Shown here in pieces: positions 39,165 through 48,996 of a DNA stretch of 64,000 nt (positions are counted from its first letter, which is position 1; the number at the start of each line of letters is the position of its first letter). This DNA comes from an uncultured Gemmatimonadales bacterium. GTDB taxonomy: Bacteria; Gemmatimonadota; Gemmatimonadetes; Gemmatimonadales; GWC2-71-9. A program made the position numbers and the translations under genes. The stretch is taken from positions 768,001 to 832,000 of the forward strand of contig CAVSLV010000001.1 in the NCBI GenBank assembly GCA_963728915.1. Reading direction: 5' to 3'. The notes below the pieces were generated by a model. That model made no database searches. It worked only from the letters and a program-made list of their open reading frames with translations, and was not told the origin of the DNA.

Positions 39165-41122
39165 CGCTCCTCCTCGCGGGGATCGGCTTGCTCATCCTTG
39201 GCGGGGCGAGCAGTGCCTTGCTCCGCAACCGCCGGTTCGGCGAATCCCTTTTCCTGGGCTGCGTTCTGGGCGCCACCGTCCTGATCGGGATTCCCGCGAT
39301 TCAGGTCTTGCTTGGAGGGGCGTCGTTGTCGATGCGGCTGTCCGTGGGAGCGCCCGGCGGCGACTGGATGCTCGGCCTGGATCCCCTGTCCGCCGCGTTT
39401 CTCCTGACCATCATGATCCCCGGGGCCGCGAGCGCGGCATTCGGCGTCGGGTACCTGGTCCCCGAACGCTCCCACCGCGCCGTCTGGCTGAATCACGCCG
39501 GCTTCGGGTTTGTGCTCGCGGCTCTCGCGATGGTCGCGCTGGCGCGCTCCGTCCTGGTGTTCCTTGCGGCGTGGGAGCTGATGGCCCTGGGCTCCTATGT
39601 GCTCATTGTCACGGAGCACGAGCACCCGGCGGTACGCCGTTCCGGCCTGATTTACCTCGTGGCCACCCATGTCGGAACCCTGGCCCTGGTAGCGATGTTT
39701 GCGATCTGGATACAGGACCGGCCCGACTGGAGCTTCGCCGGCCTCCACGCTCTGAAGCGGGAAGGGCTGGTCTCCGCCGTGTTCGCCCTTGGGCTCGTCG
39801 GCTTCGGCATGAAGGCGGGGTTGGTTCCCTTCCATTTCTGGCTTCCCCCGGCGCACGCCGCGGCGCCCAGTCACGTGTCCGCCCTGCTCTCGGGTGTGGT
39901 AATCAAGGCCGGCGTCTACGGCCTCCTCCGGATCATTGCGCTCCTGGGCCCGCCGCCGGCCTGGTGGAGCTGGCTGGTGCTGTCGCTGGGCGTGATCTCC
40001 GCGGTGTTGGGCGTGTTATGGGCGCTGGTCCAGCACGATATCAAGCGGTTGCTGGCCTATCACAGCGTGGAGAACATCGGCATCATCCTGATCGGCATCG
40101 GGGTGGGTGGACTGGGCGCCCGGGCCGGCAGTCCGGCGGTCGCGCTGCTCGGGTTCGGCGCAGCGGTACTCCATACCATGAACCATGCCCTCTTCAAGAG
40201 CGCACTCTTCCTGGCCGCCGGTGCGGTCTATCGGGCGACCGGGACCCGGAACCTGGAACAGCTTGGCGGGCTGGGCCCCCGAATGCCGCTCACCTGGATC
40301 GGATTCCTGATCGGGGCTGTGGCCATTGTGGGCCTTCCTCCGCTCAACGGATTCGTCAGCGAGTGGTTGGCGTTCCTCGGCCTGCTCCGCGCCGGGCAAG
40401 CGTCGGGAGCGCTCCGGTTCGCCGTCTTCGCGATCCCGGCCCTTGCCCTGGTGGGAGGGCTCGCGCTGGCCTGCTTTGCCAAGGTTGCCGGGATCGTCTT
40501 TCTCGGGACGCCGCGGAGTCAGGCCGCCGCCGACGCCAGAGAAGCAGGGTGGCGGCTCACCGTTCCGGTCCTTGTCCTGGCGCTGGCCTGCATCGTGATC
40601 GGGGTGGTTCCGTTCCTGTTCTTGCGGCCGGTGCTGCTTGTCGGCGCGTCCATCGCCGGACTCCGCGAGTCGGTCATCGCTCCCATGCTGACCTCGGCGA
40701 CGGGGGACGCGACGCGGATATCCCTGCTCGCGGTGGCCCTGCTGATTCTTGGCGGCTCGATCGCCTTGATCCGCGGTTTCGCGGGACGGCGATACCGGGT
40801 CCGGAGAGGGGAAACCTGGGGCTGCGGGTATCCCGCCCCTACCAGCCGCATGCAGTACACCGCCTCCTCCTTCGCCGCTCCCCTGGCATCCCTCTTCGGC
40901 CCCATGGCCGGACTGCGACGACAGAGTGGAGCGACCGTCTTCCATTCCCATCCGGTGGACCTCGTGCTGGACGGGATCATGCAGCCTGCCTGGCGGCGGA
41001 TTCAGCGGATTGCCCTCCGCCTGCGTCCCATTCAGCAGGGTCGTCTGCACCTGTATCTGCTGTACGTGGTCATGACGGTGGTCGTCCTGCTGCTCTACCT
41101 CGTATGGTCCCCAGCTCCCTAG
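39161..41122 (+). CDS. Ehr/HyfB-like antiporter-type membrane subunit
   Basis: AWELM, KAGLVPFHFWLPPAHAAAPSHVSALLSG, KRLLAYHSVENIG, NHALFKS, WGCGY..RMQYT. Confidence 0.9.
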   Translation: MTLLLAGIGLLILGGASSALLRNRRFGESLFLGCVLGATVLIGIPAIQVLLGGASLSMRLSVGAPGGDWMLGLDPLSAAFLLTIMIPGAASAAFGVGYLVPERSHRAVWLNHAGFGFVLAALAMVALARSVLVFLAAWELMALGSYVLIVTEHEHPAVRRSGLIYLVATHVGTLALVAMFAIWIQDRPDWSFAGLHALKREGLVSAVFALGLVGFGMKAGLVPFHFWLPPAHAAAPSHVSALLSGVVIKAGVYGLLRIIALLGPPPAWWSWLVLSLGVISAVLGVLWALVQHDIKRLLAYHSVENIGIILIGIGVGGLGARAGSPAVALLGFGAAVLHTMNHALFKSALFLAAGAVYRATGTRNLEQLGGLGPRMPLTWIGFLIGAVAIVGLPPLNGFVSEWLAFLGLLRAGQASGALRFAVFAIPALALVGGLALACFAKVAGIVFLGTPRSQAAADAREAGWRLTVPVLVLALACIVIGVVPFLFLRPVLLVGASIAGLRESVIAPMLTSATGDATRISLLAVALLILGGSIALIRGFAGRRYRVRRGETWGCGYPAPTSRMQYTASSFAAPLASLFGPMAGLRRQSGATVFHSHPVDLVLDGIMQPAWRRIQRIALRLRPIQQGRLHLYLLYVVMTVVVLLLYLVWSPAP

Positions 41123-41126
41123 GCGC

Positions 41127-42035
41127 ATGATCTCGAGCCTGGTCTCGCTGGTTCTCCTTCTCGCACTGGCGCCGCTGGTTCCCGGCGTTGCCACCCGGAC
41201 CCGGGCCTTCCTGACCGGGAGGAAAGGGGCACCGGTCTTCCAGCTCTACGCCGACCTGGCCAAGCTGTTTCGCCGCGGTGTGGTCTACAGCACGACGACC
41301 ACCGTGGTGTTCCGGATTGCTCCCGTGGCGGCGGTTGCCACCGCCGTCGCGGCCGCCCTCCTGGTTCCGCTCGATGGAGAGGCGGCGATCGTGGTTTTCT
41401 CGGGGGACGTGCTCGGCTTCGCGTATCTCCTCGGGCTGGGCCGGTTCCTTCTGGTCCTCGGCGCGCTCGATACCGGCTCCAGCTTCGAAGGAATGGGCGC
41501 CAGTCGCGAAGTGACCTTCGCCAGCCTGGTGGAGCTCGGCCTCTTCTTCGGCTTTGCCGCGCTTGGCGTGGCGACGGGCGAACTCTCCCTTTCCGGAATG
41601 TTCGGCATCGTCTCGGGAGAATCCCCGGCCCTGGCGGGTCCCGCGCTCGTGATGGTCGCAGTCGCGCTGTTCGGTCTTCTCCTGGCCGAGGGCTCCCGGG
41701 TTCCCGTGGATGATCCGGCGACTCACCTGGAGCTCACCATGATCCACGAGGTCATGATCCTCGACCATAGTGGACCGGACCTGGCGCTCCTCCTCTATGG
41801 GAGTGCCCTCAAGCTCGCGCTCTTCGGCAGCCTGGTGGTCAGTCTCATCCTGCCCCGCGCCGGCTTGCCCCTGCCGCTCTGGTTGCTCGAATTGAGCGTC
41901 GGCCTGGTCGGGATCGGCATGGCCATCGGAACCGTGGAGTCGGCCATGGCTCGGCTCCGCCTTCCCAGAGTGCCCCTGTACATCGTGGGCGCCGCGGCCC
42001 TCGCCGGATTCAGTCTCATGCTGGTCCTCGGTTGA
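41127..42035 (+). CDS. Ehr/HyfC (NuoH-like) membrane subunit
   Basis: GRKGAPVFQLYADLAKL, DTGSSFEGMGASRE, RVPVDDPATHLELTMIHE. Confidence 0.9.
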   Translation: MISSLVSLVLLLALAPLVPGVATRTRAFLTGRKGAPVFQLYADLAKLFRRGVVYSTTTTVVFRIAPVAAVATAVAAALLVPLDGEAAIVVFSGDVLGFAYLLGLGRFLLVLGALDTGSSFEGMGASREVTFASLVELGLFFGFAALGVATGELSLSGMFGIVSGESPALAGPALVMVAVALFGLLLAEGSRVPVDDPATHLELTMIHEVMILDHSGPDLALLLYGSALKLALFGSLVVSLILPRAGLPLPLWLLELSVGLVGIGMAIGTVESAMARLRLPRVPLYIVGAAALAGFSLMLVLG

Positions 42036-42039
42036 CCCC

Positions 42040-42675
42040 ATGCGCTCACTCGCCGAGACGCTGCTCCTCCTCGTAGTCCTGACCGATTTCGCGGTGCTGG
42101 CGACTTCCCGACTGAGTGCCGGGATACGCGCCGTCGCACTCCAGGGCGTTCTCCTGGGCGCGCTCTCGCTGGCGCTCGACGGAACCTGGTCGATCCATGC
42201 CCTTGGACTGGCGCTGGGCACCATCGGGATCAAGGCCCTGCTGTTGCCCTGGTTCCTGCGCTGGGCCATTCGGGAGGCTTCGGTGCGACGGGAGATGGAG
42301 CCCCTGGTCGGGTACATGACTTCCTTCCTGCTGGGCGCGGCAGCGCTGGTGGTGGCGTTCGCGGTTGCGGCGCGGCTCCCCCCAATCACTTCCGCCAGGA
42401 TGCTGGTCCCGGTGGCGCTGGTCACCCTGATCATCGGGCTGATCGTGCTGATCACCCGGACCAAAGCCCTGAGCCAGGTCCTCGGCTATCTCATCCTGGA
42501 GAACGGGATCTATCTCTTCGGCCTCACCCAGGCCCGCCGGGTCCCCTTCCTGGTCGAAGCCGGCGTGCTGCTGGATGTGTTTGTCGGCGTGTTCGTGATG
42601 GGGATCGTGGTCTTCCACATCAACCGGGAATTCGACTCGATCTCGGCCCTCAACCTCACGGAGCTCAAGGAGTGA
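42040..42675 (+). CDS. Ehr/HyfE-like membrane subunit
   Basis: Hydrophobic; QVLGYLILENGI, EAGVLLDV. Confidence 0.88.
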   Translation: MRSLAETLLLLVVLTDFAVLATSRLSAGIRAVALQGVLLGALSLALDGTWSIHALGLALGTIGIKALLLPWFLRWAIREASVRREMEPLVGYMTSFLLGAAALVVAFAVAARLPPITSARMLVPVALVTLIIGLIVLITRTKALSQVLGYLILENGIYLFGLTQARRVPFLVEAGVLLDVFVGVFVMGIVVFHINREFDSISALNLTELKE

Positions 42676-44111
42676 TCCTGTTTGCCCTGCTCCTGGTGCC
42701 GGCTCTCGGCGTGGCGCTGGCCTTCCTGACCAGGTCGGAGCGGGTCCGCTCCGGTCTCTTTCTGGGCGGGGCAGTGGTTCACCTGGCCCTGGTAGGCAGT
42801 CTCTGGGTGGCGCCGGCAGGATCGACGCTGGGCGGCTGGCTCGCGGTCGACGCCACCGGATTGATGGTCCTCACCCTTCTCACCGTGCTGTTTCTGGTGG
42901 TGGCACACTACACCACCGGATTCCTGGGCAGTCGCAGGACGCGCGAGCATCGGGTGTACGTCAGTTGTCTGTTCGCCTTTCTGGCCGGTTCCACGCTCGT
43001 CACTCTCAGTCACCACCTGGCTTTGTTGTGGGTGGGAATGGAGGCGTCCACGCTGTCGGTAGCGCCTCTCATCTATGACCGCCACGACCGGCGATCCCTC
43101 GAGGCGGTGTGGAAATATCTGGTGCTCTCCTCGGTGGGAATCGCTTTCGCCTTGCTGGCGGTGTTCCTGCTGGCGACCGCCCAACCGTCCCTGCCAGGAT
43201 CCCGGCCCCTGGTGCTCGAGGACCTCCTGGCGGAGTCCGCCAGCCTGGATCGCTACTGGCTCCGGGCCGCCTTCGTCTTTGCCCTGGTGGGTTTCGGCAC
43301 CAAGATGGGTCTTGCCCCGCTGCACACCTGGAAGCCGGATACCTACGGCGAAGCGCCCAGTCCGGTCGCCGCGCTGATGGCCGGCGGTCTCACGACCTGC
43401 GGCTTCCTCGGATTGGTCCGATTTACCCAGGTCGCGGTCGCGGCCGGATTGGAGCAATTCGTCCGACCCCTGCTCCTCGGCTTCGGGCTGGTGTCGCTCG
43501 CCGTCGCAGCGGCCTTCATCATCGGACAGGCCGATCTCAAGCGGCTGCTGGCCTACTCGAGCGTCGAGCACATGGGTCTGCTGGTTCTGGGTCTCGGCAT
43601 CGGCGGGTTAGGAACGTATGGCGCCATCCTGCACGCCCTGAACAACGGGCTGGTCAAGGTGCTCCTGTTCCTCGCGATCGGAAACCTGGTGCTGCTGTCC
43701 GGCTCCTCGGCCGCGGCCGATCTGCGCGGCATGCTCCGGATCCGGCCGGTCTCCGCCGGGCTCGTCGTGATCGGGCTCTTCGCGGTGACCGGATCTCCCC
43801 CGTTCGGACCTTTCCTCAGCGAATTCGCCATCGTGGGTGGCGCCTTCCGCGAGCATCACCCCTGGATCGCCACCGTCGCACTCCTGCTCCTGGCGGTGAT
43901 CTTCGTCGGGATCGCCCACATGATTCTCGAGGTGGTGCTGGGCACCCCGCTCGAGTCACCCTCGCCCGAAGTGGAACCGGAGCGTCCCTGGATGATCCTC
44001 GGGCCCCTGGCTCTCACCGCGCTGGTGCTGTTGCTGGGCAGCTACCTGCCGGGTCCGCTCCGCGAACAGCTCGCCCGATCGGCCGCGTCGCTCGGCGGCG
44101 CGATTCCATGA
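42672..44111 (+). CDS. Ehr/HyfF-like antiporter-type membrane subunit
   Basis: WVGMEASTL, LEAVWKY, GTKMGLAPLHTWKPD, KRLLAYSSVEHMG, PPFGPFLSE. Confidence 0.9.
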   Translation: MILFALLLVPALGVALAFLTRSERVRSGLFLGGAVVHLALVGSLWVAPAGSTLGGWLAVDATGLMVLTLLTVLFLVVAHYTTGFLGSRRTREHRVYVSCLFAFLAGSTLVTLSHHLALLWVGMEASTLSVAPLIYDRHDRRSLEAVWKYLVLSSVGIAFALLAVFLLATAQPSLPGSRPLVLEDLLAESASLDRYWLRAAFVFALVGFGTKMGLAPLHTWKPDTYGEAPSPVAALMAGGLTTCGFLGLVRFTQVAVAAGLEQFVRPLLLGFGLVSLAVAAAFIIGQADLKRLLAYSSVEHMGLLVLGLGIGGLGTYGAILHALNNGLVKVLLFLAIGNLVLLSGSSAAADLRGMLRIRPVSAGLVVIGLFAVTGSPPFGPFLSEFAIVGGAFREHHPWIATVALLLLAVIFVGIAHMILEVVLGTPLESPSPEVEPERPWMILGPLALTALVLLLGSYLPGPLREQLARSAASLGGAIP

Positions 44112-45625
44112 CCGGAACGATTCGGGACAGCGTCCCGCTCACCAATCGGCGCAGCGTGCCGCTGGGACACCTCCCCGTGCTGGAGGGGGAACGGTTCGCT
44201 GAGACGGTTGCCGAGCGGGTATCGCGAGGCTGGCGAATCGTCTCCCTCTTCGGCACTCCCGAGGCCGCCGATGGGTTGCGCCTGATCGCGGTTCTCGGAC
44301 AGGACGAGTACGGCCGCCTGGAGGCCCTGACCACGCTCACCGGACCGCAGCTGCCTCCGCTCGCTCGAGGCTGCCCTCAAGCGGCCCCGTTCGAGCGGGA
44401 GATCGTGGAACAATGCGGGGCGCTCGCTGCCGGGCCGGGGCTGATCAAGCCGCTTCGCCGCCATCCCCCGGATCACAAACCCGGCGGCTGGTCCACAGTC
44501 CCCCCTGACCGGAACGCGTATCCGTGGGTCTCTCCGGGCGGCGATGAAATTCATGAAGTCGCGGTGGGTCCGGTCCACGCCGGAATCATCGAGCCAGGAC
44601 ACTTCCGGTTCCAGGCCAACGGCGAAGAGGTCTTCGGTCTCGAAATCATGCTCGGGTATCAGCATCGAGGGGTGGAGCGGCTGCTGGAGTCCCGGGAACG
44701 TGATCGCGCGATCCTGATCGCCGAGGCCATCGCGGGTGACACGGTCATTGCCCACGCCAGCTCCTGGTGCGGGGCGATCGAGGCGCTCGCCCGAAGCCAC
44801 AAGAGTCCCCGGGCCCAGGCCATTCGCGGCATTGCGCTGGAGCTCGAGCGGCTGGCCAATCACATCGGAGACCTGGGAGCCCTGGCCGGCGATGTCGCCT
44901 ATCAGCCGGCGGCCTCCTATTTCGGGCGCTTGCGGGGGGAGTGCCTCAATCTCCTCATGCTGGTATCGGGTAACCGGTACGGGCGAGGCCTGATTCGCCC
45001 CGGCGGTGTCGCCTTCGATATCACCGCGGACATGGCGGAGGAAATCGGGAGCCGGGTGAATCGGTTGGGCCAGGAGCTCGACCCGGTGCTCGACCTCCTG
45101 TTCGAGGCCGCCTCGGTCCAGTCCCGGTTCGAAGGGGTGGGCACGGTTTCCCCCGACTGGGTCCGGCTGCACGGGTTCGTCGGCCCGGTGGCTCGCGGCG
45201 CCGGGGTCTCCCGGGACGTGCGGCACGATTACCCCTATGGGGTCTTCCGGTTCGTTCAGATTCCGGTCGCTTCCGCGTGGGCGGGTGACGTCTTCGCGCG
45301 GGCCCTGGTGCGCCGCCTCGAAATCCAGCGATCTCTCGAGTTCGTTCGGGAGCAGGTGGCAGCGCTTCCCCGCGGCGCGACCCGGGTGGGGTGCGGTTCC
45401 CTCGCGCCGAATGAGCTCGTGGTGGCGCTGGAGGAAGGATGGCGGGGTGAGGTGGTGCACGTGGTGCTTACCGACCAGGACGGCGAGATCCGGCGTCACA
45501 AGGTGACCGATCCCTCTTTTCACAACTGGACCGCCCTCGCGCTTTCCATGCGGGGAAACCAGATCTCCGATTTCCCGCTCTGCAACAAGAGCTTCAACCT
45601 CTCGTACGCGGGCCACGATCTCTGA
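44108..45625 (+). CDS. Ehr large subunit (NuoC+NuoD/HyfG-like) lacking NiFe-binding cysteines
   Basis: HEVAVGPVHAGIIEPGHFRF, GYQHRGVE, EGWRGE, DPSFHNW; AEAIAGDT and DFPLCNKSFNLSYAGHDL at the CxxC positions. Confidence 0.9.
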   Translation: MTGTIRDSVPLTNRRSVPLGHLPVLEGERFAETVAERVSRGWRIVSLFGTPEAADGLRLIAVLGQDEYGRLEALTTLTGPQLPPLARGCPQAAPFEREIVEQCGALAAGPGLIKPLRRHPPDHKPGGWSTVPPDRNAYPWVSPGGDEIHEVAVGPVHAGIIEPGHFRFQANGEEVFGLEIMLGYQHRGVERLLESRERDRAILIAEAIAGDTVIAHASSWCGAIEALARSHKSPRAQAIRGIALELERLANHIGDLGALAGDVAYQPAASYFGRLRGECLNLLMLVSGNRYGRGLIRPGGVAFDITADMAEEIGSRVNRLGQELDPVLDLLFEAASVQSRFEGVGTVSPDWVRLHGFVGPVARGAGVSRDVRHDYPYGVFRFVQIPVASAWAGDVFARALVRRLEIQRSLEFVREQVAALPRGATRVGCGSLAPNELVVALEEGWRGEVVHVVLTDQDGEIRRHKVTDPSFHNWTALALSMRGNQISDFPLCNKSFNLSYAGHDL

Positions 45626-46329
45626 TGCTCGATCTAATCCGGAATCGCCTGGCGCAGGGAATCCATACGGCGGAATTCCCGCCCGCGCACCCCGGCTTTC
45701 CCGAACGGTTTCGGGGCCGGCCTAAGATCGAAGGCAAGGGAGACCTGCCGATCCTCGATCTCGGTGCTTGCCTGTTCAGCCCCGAGGAGGCGGTCGAGCA
45801 GCCGGGATGCCGGGTCCGCTTCACGGCGGACTACCGCATGGCGAGCCGGACCCGTGACGGCCTCGTGACTCCCAGCGGAGAACCGGAGCTGGCCACCGCC
45901 CTCAATCAGGCCATGCGAAAGCTGCTGGGTCGTTCCCTCCGGCTGCGTTCGGTTTCGGCCGGAAGCTGCAATGGCTGCGAGGCCGAGCTGGTCGCCCTCG
46001 GGAACGTGGTGTTCGACATGGCGAGATTCGGGGTGCAGTTCGTCGCTTCGCCGCGGCACGCCGATGGCATCGTGATCACCGGCGCGGTGAGCCGGAACAT
46101 GCGCGAGGCCCTGGAGCGGACCTATGCAGCGGTCCCTGACCCGCGCCTGGTCATTGCGGTCGGGGCCTGTGCCTCGAGTGGGGGACCGTTCCGGGACAGT
46201 CCCGAAGTGTTCGATGGAGTGCCGGAGAGTATCCCGGTGGATCTCTGGATTCCGGGCTGTCCTCCCCATCCGCTCACGGTTCTGGACGGCCTGCTGCGGC
46301 TGTTGGGAAAGATCGATCCATCAAAATGA
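45625..46329 (+). CDS. Ehr small subunit (NuoB/HyfI-like)
   Basis: GSCNGCE, SPRHAD, VGACA, PGCPP: four Fe-S ligands present. Confidence 0.9.
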   Translation: MLDLIRNRLAQGIHTAEFPPAHPGFPERFRGRPKIEGKGDLPILDLGACLFSPEEAVEQPGCRVRFTADYRMASRTRDGLVTPSGEPELATALNQAMRKLLGRSLRLRSVSAGSCNGCEAELVALGNVVFDMARFGVQFVASPRHADGIVITGAVSRNMREALERTYAAVPDPRLVIAVGACASSGGPFRDSPEVFDGVPESIPVDLWIPGCPPHPLTVLDGLLRLLGKIDPSK

Positions 46330-46347
46330 CTGGTCACCGGCCACTGG

Positions 46348-48996
46348 TCACTGCTTCTTCGCTTCCGCCAGCTCGGCTTTGAACTTCGCGCCCTTCTCCG
46401 GCTGACCGAGGGAATCGTAGGCCGCCGCCAGGTCGGTCCGCGCCGCCTTGAGGAAGCTCACCGCGGGGTTGGTCTGCCGGCGGAGGATATCATAACCCGC
46501 GAGACTCTCCGCCGCGGCCTCGGCAAAGCGCCGCTGCCGGAGCAACACCCGGCCCAGCTTGATCCGGCTGATCCCCACGTTGACGTGATTCGAGTCGAGG
46601 GTCACCCGGTACACCGCCAGCGCCGAGCGGAACAGCGCCTCGGCCCGCTGGTTCTCCAGCCGCCGCATGTACACGGTGCCGAGGTTCGCCTCCGCGACGC
46701 CGAGCAGGTAGTGCCGCTCGCCGTACACCTTCCGGTAGATCTCGATCATCCGGGTGAAATACCGCTCGGCGTCGTCGAGCCGGTCCGCGGTGACCGCGAG
46801 GTTGCCCAGCTCGTTGACGCTGGACGCCACCGACGGATGGTCCGGCCCATAGACCCGCTCCCGGATGGCCAGGGACTGCCGGAGCAGGCTGTCGGCCTCG
46901 GGAAATCTGTTCTCGAAGATCAGCGCCCGGGCCAGCATGGTGAGCGCGTGGGCGGTTTCGTAATGGTCCTCCCCGTAGAATCGCCGCATGATGGCGAGTC
47001 CCTGGCGGTGGTAACGCTCGGCCTCGGTGTAGTTGCCCCGCTCGTGCTGCGCCGCGCCCAGGTTCATCAGGGTCTGTCCCACCAGCGGATGCTGGTCGCC
47101 GTACTGCGCCCGATAAATCCCCAGCACCTGCCGGTTGAGCGAGTCGGACGCGTCGTAATGGCCCGCGTAGAAGTGGGCGTCGGCGAGTCGAGCCACCGCC
47201 CCCGCCAGCTCGAGACTCGTCTCGGCCCCCCGGTACCGACTCACCGCGTCCTCCGCGGCGGCGATCGCCTCGTCGTAGCGACCCCGTTCCTCCAGCACAC
47301 TCGCCAGAGCCGTCGTGGCCTCCGCCAGCGCGGGATGGTCGGGGGGGAGGACCCGTGACCCGGTCGCGATCGCTTCGCGAATGAGGCGCTCTGCGTCCTC
47401 GAACCTGGCCTGCGAAATCCGAAGCGAGCCAAGCGCGATCAGACTCCGGGTCACCTCGACGCTGCCCGCCGGGGCCTGGGATCGACGGCTGGCGAGCGCA
47501 TCGGTCAGGAGGGAATCGGCCCGGGCCAGATGGCCCAGCTTTTCGTAAATGCTGCCCAGGGTTTCCAGCATCTCGCTCCGAAGAGCCGGGTCGGTATTGA
47601 GCGAGCGGGCCTCGAGCAAGCCGCGATCCACCAGGGTGACGACCCGGAGGCTGTCGGCGGGCCCGGCCTCGGGATCGCCGCCCTGGAACAGATTCATCGT
47701 GAAGCGCTGAATCCGCTCGGCCTTGCCGGCCTGCGCCACGGCTTCGTTCCTCGCCAGGCGGAGTCGAACGGTGTAGAAGGTGACCAACCCAACCAGTACG
47801 ACGGCGACCAGGGCGGTGAGCGCTACCGAGACCCGGTTCCTTCGCACGAACTTTCCGAACCGGTAGGTCACCGTGTCGGGGCGCGCTTCGAGCGGCTCTC
47901 CGGCGACGTAGTGGGCAACGTCCCGCGCCAGGGCCCTTACCGTCGGATAGCGCCGGGCCGGGTCCTTCTGCATCGCGGTGAGGCAGAGAATATCCAGATC
48001 GCTCCAGCCGGATCGCCCGACTGAGCCGGATCGCCCGACTGAATGGGCCGCCACCGAGCTCTTTGCGGCCACCGAAGGACGAACCGGCTCGGTGTCGAGA
48101 ATGGCCGCCTCGACCTGACCCGGGGTGCGGTTGGAGAGATCGAAGGGAAGCCTGCCGGCCAGGAGCTCGTAGAGCACCACACCCAGGGCATACACATCCG
48201 TGTAGACGCCGACTCGCTCGCCCCGGATCTGTTCCGGCGCGGCGTAGGCAGGGGTCAGGAGGCGGACTTCGGTCCGGGTCTGGTGCTCGTCCGGATCGAG
48301 GCTCTGGAGCTGTTTGGCGATTCCGAAGTCGAGCAGCTTGATACCGCCGTCCCCGGTCACCAGGATATTCGAAGGCTTGAGATCGCGATGGATCACGAGG
48401 TGCTGGTGGGCGTGCTGGACCGCGTCGCACACCGCGAGAAACAGCCCGAGCCGCTGGTTGATCGACGCGGAGCGCCCGGCGCAGTAGGTGGTGAGCGGAA
48501 CCCCTTCCACGTACTCCATGGCGATCCATGGGGTCCCGTCCTCCAGGGTCCCCGCGTCGAAGAGCCGGGCGATGGAATCGTGGGTCAGCTGGGCGAGGGT
48601 GCGCTGCTCCGCCGCGAACCGCTCCTGGCGCGCCGGAGAGAGCCAGGCATCTCGAAGGATCTTGATGGCGGCCACGCTGTCCAGGTCATCGCGGCGGGCG
48701 AGGTACACGACGCCCATGCCGCCTTCGCCGATCACCCGGATCACCCGATACGGTCCAAACCGCCTGGCAGTGGTTTCGGCGGAGTCTTCCGCGATGCCGA
48801 GGACCTGACTCGCGGTTTCGGCGAGATCGCGATCCAGCAGGTTCGAGCCGCGATCCTCCCGCACCATGGCGCGGACCAGGCCGGCGATTTCGGGGTCGTC
48901 GGCTCGGGCGCGGAGCACCGCCTCCTGCTCATCGGGCGGCAGATCGGCGACCTCGTGGAAGAGGGCCTGGATCCGGTCCCACCGCGCGGCGTCTAT
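46348..48996 (-). CDS. Membrane Ser/Thr protein kinase with C-terminal TPR repeats (proposed ATA start 48996; first GTG 48918)
   Basis: IGEGGMGVVY, AIKIL, HRDLKPSN, DFG, TPAYAAPEQ, DVYALG, a TM helix, then kinesin-light-chain-like TPRs. Confidence 0.93.
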   Translation of the reverse strand: MDAARWDRIQALFHEVADLPPDEQEAVLRARADDPEIAGLVRAMVREDRGSNLLDRDLAETASQVLGIAEDSAETTARRFGPYRVIRVIGEGGMGVVYLARRDDLDSVAAIKILRDAWLSPARQERFAAEQRTLAQLTHDSIARLFDAGTLEDGTPWIAMEYVEGVPLTTYCAGRSASINQRLGLFLAVCDAVQHAHQHLVIHRDLKPSNILVTGDGGIKLLDFGIAKQLQSLDPDEHQTRTEVRLLTPAYAAPEQIRGERVGVYTDVYALGVVLYELLAGRLPFDLSNRTPGQVEAAILDTEPVRPSVAAKSSVAAHSVGRSGSVGRSGWSDLDILCLTAMQKDPARRYPTVRALARDVAHYVAGEPLEARPDTVTYRFGKFVRRNRVSVALTALVAVVLVGLVTFYTVRLRLARNEAVAQAGKAERIQRFTMNLFQGGDPEAGPADSLRVVTLVDRGLLEARSLNTDPALRSEMLETLGSIYEKLGHLARADSLLTDALASRRSQAPAGSVEVTRSLIALGSLRISQARFEDAERLIREAIATGSRVLPPDHPALAEATTALASVLEERGRYDEAIAAAEDAVSRYRGAETSLELAGAVARLADAHFYAGHYDASDSLNRQVLGIYRAQYGDQHPLVGQTLMNLGAAQHERGNYTEAERYHRQGLAIMRRFYGEDHYETAHALTMLARALIFENRFPEADSLLRQSLAIRERVYGPDHPSVASSVNELGNLAVTADRLDDAERYFTRMIEIYRKVYGERHYLLGVAEANLGTVYMRRLENQRAEALFRSALAVYRVTLDSNHVNVGISRIKLGRVLLRQRRFAEAAAESLAGYDILRRQTNPAVSFLKAARTDLAAAYDSLGQPEKGAKFKAELAEAKKQ
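48006..48042 (-). repeat. Perfect in-frame 18-bp tandem duplication in the kinase gene
   Basis: AGCCGGATCGCCCGACTG x2, encoding SVGRSG-SVGRSG. Confidence 0.9.

Noticed and set aside
39161..46329. Calling the cluster hydrogenase-4 or formate hydrogenlyase
   Set aside because: The large subunit lacks both NiFe CxxC motifs, and no hyp or fdh genes are adjacent.
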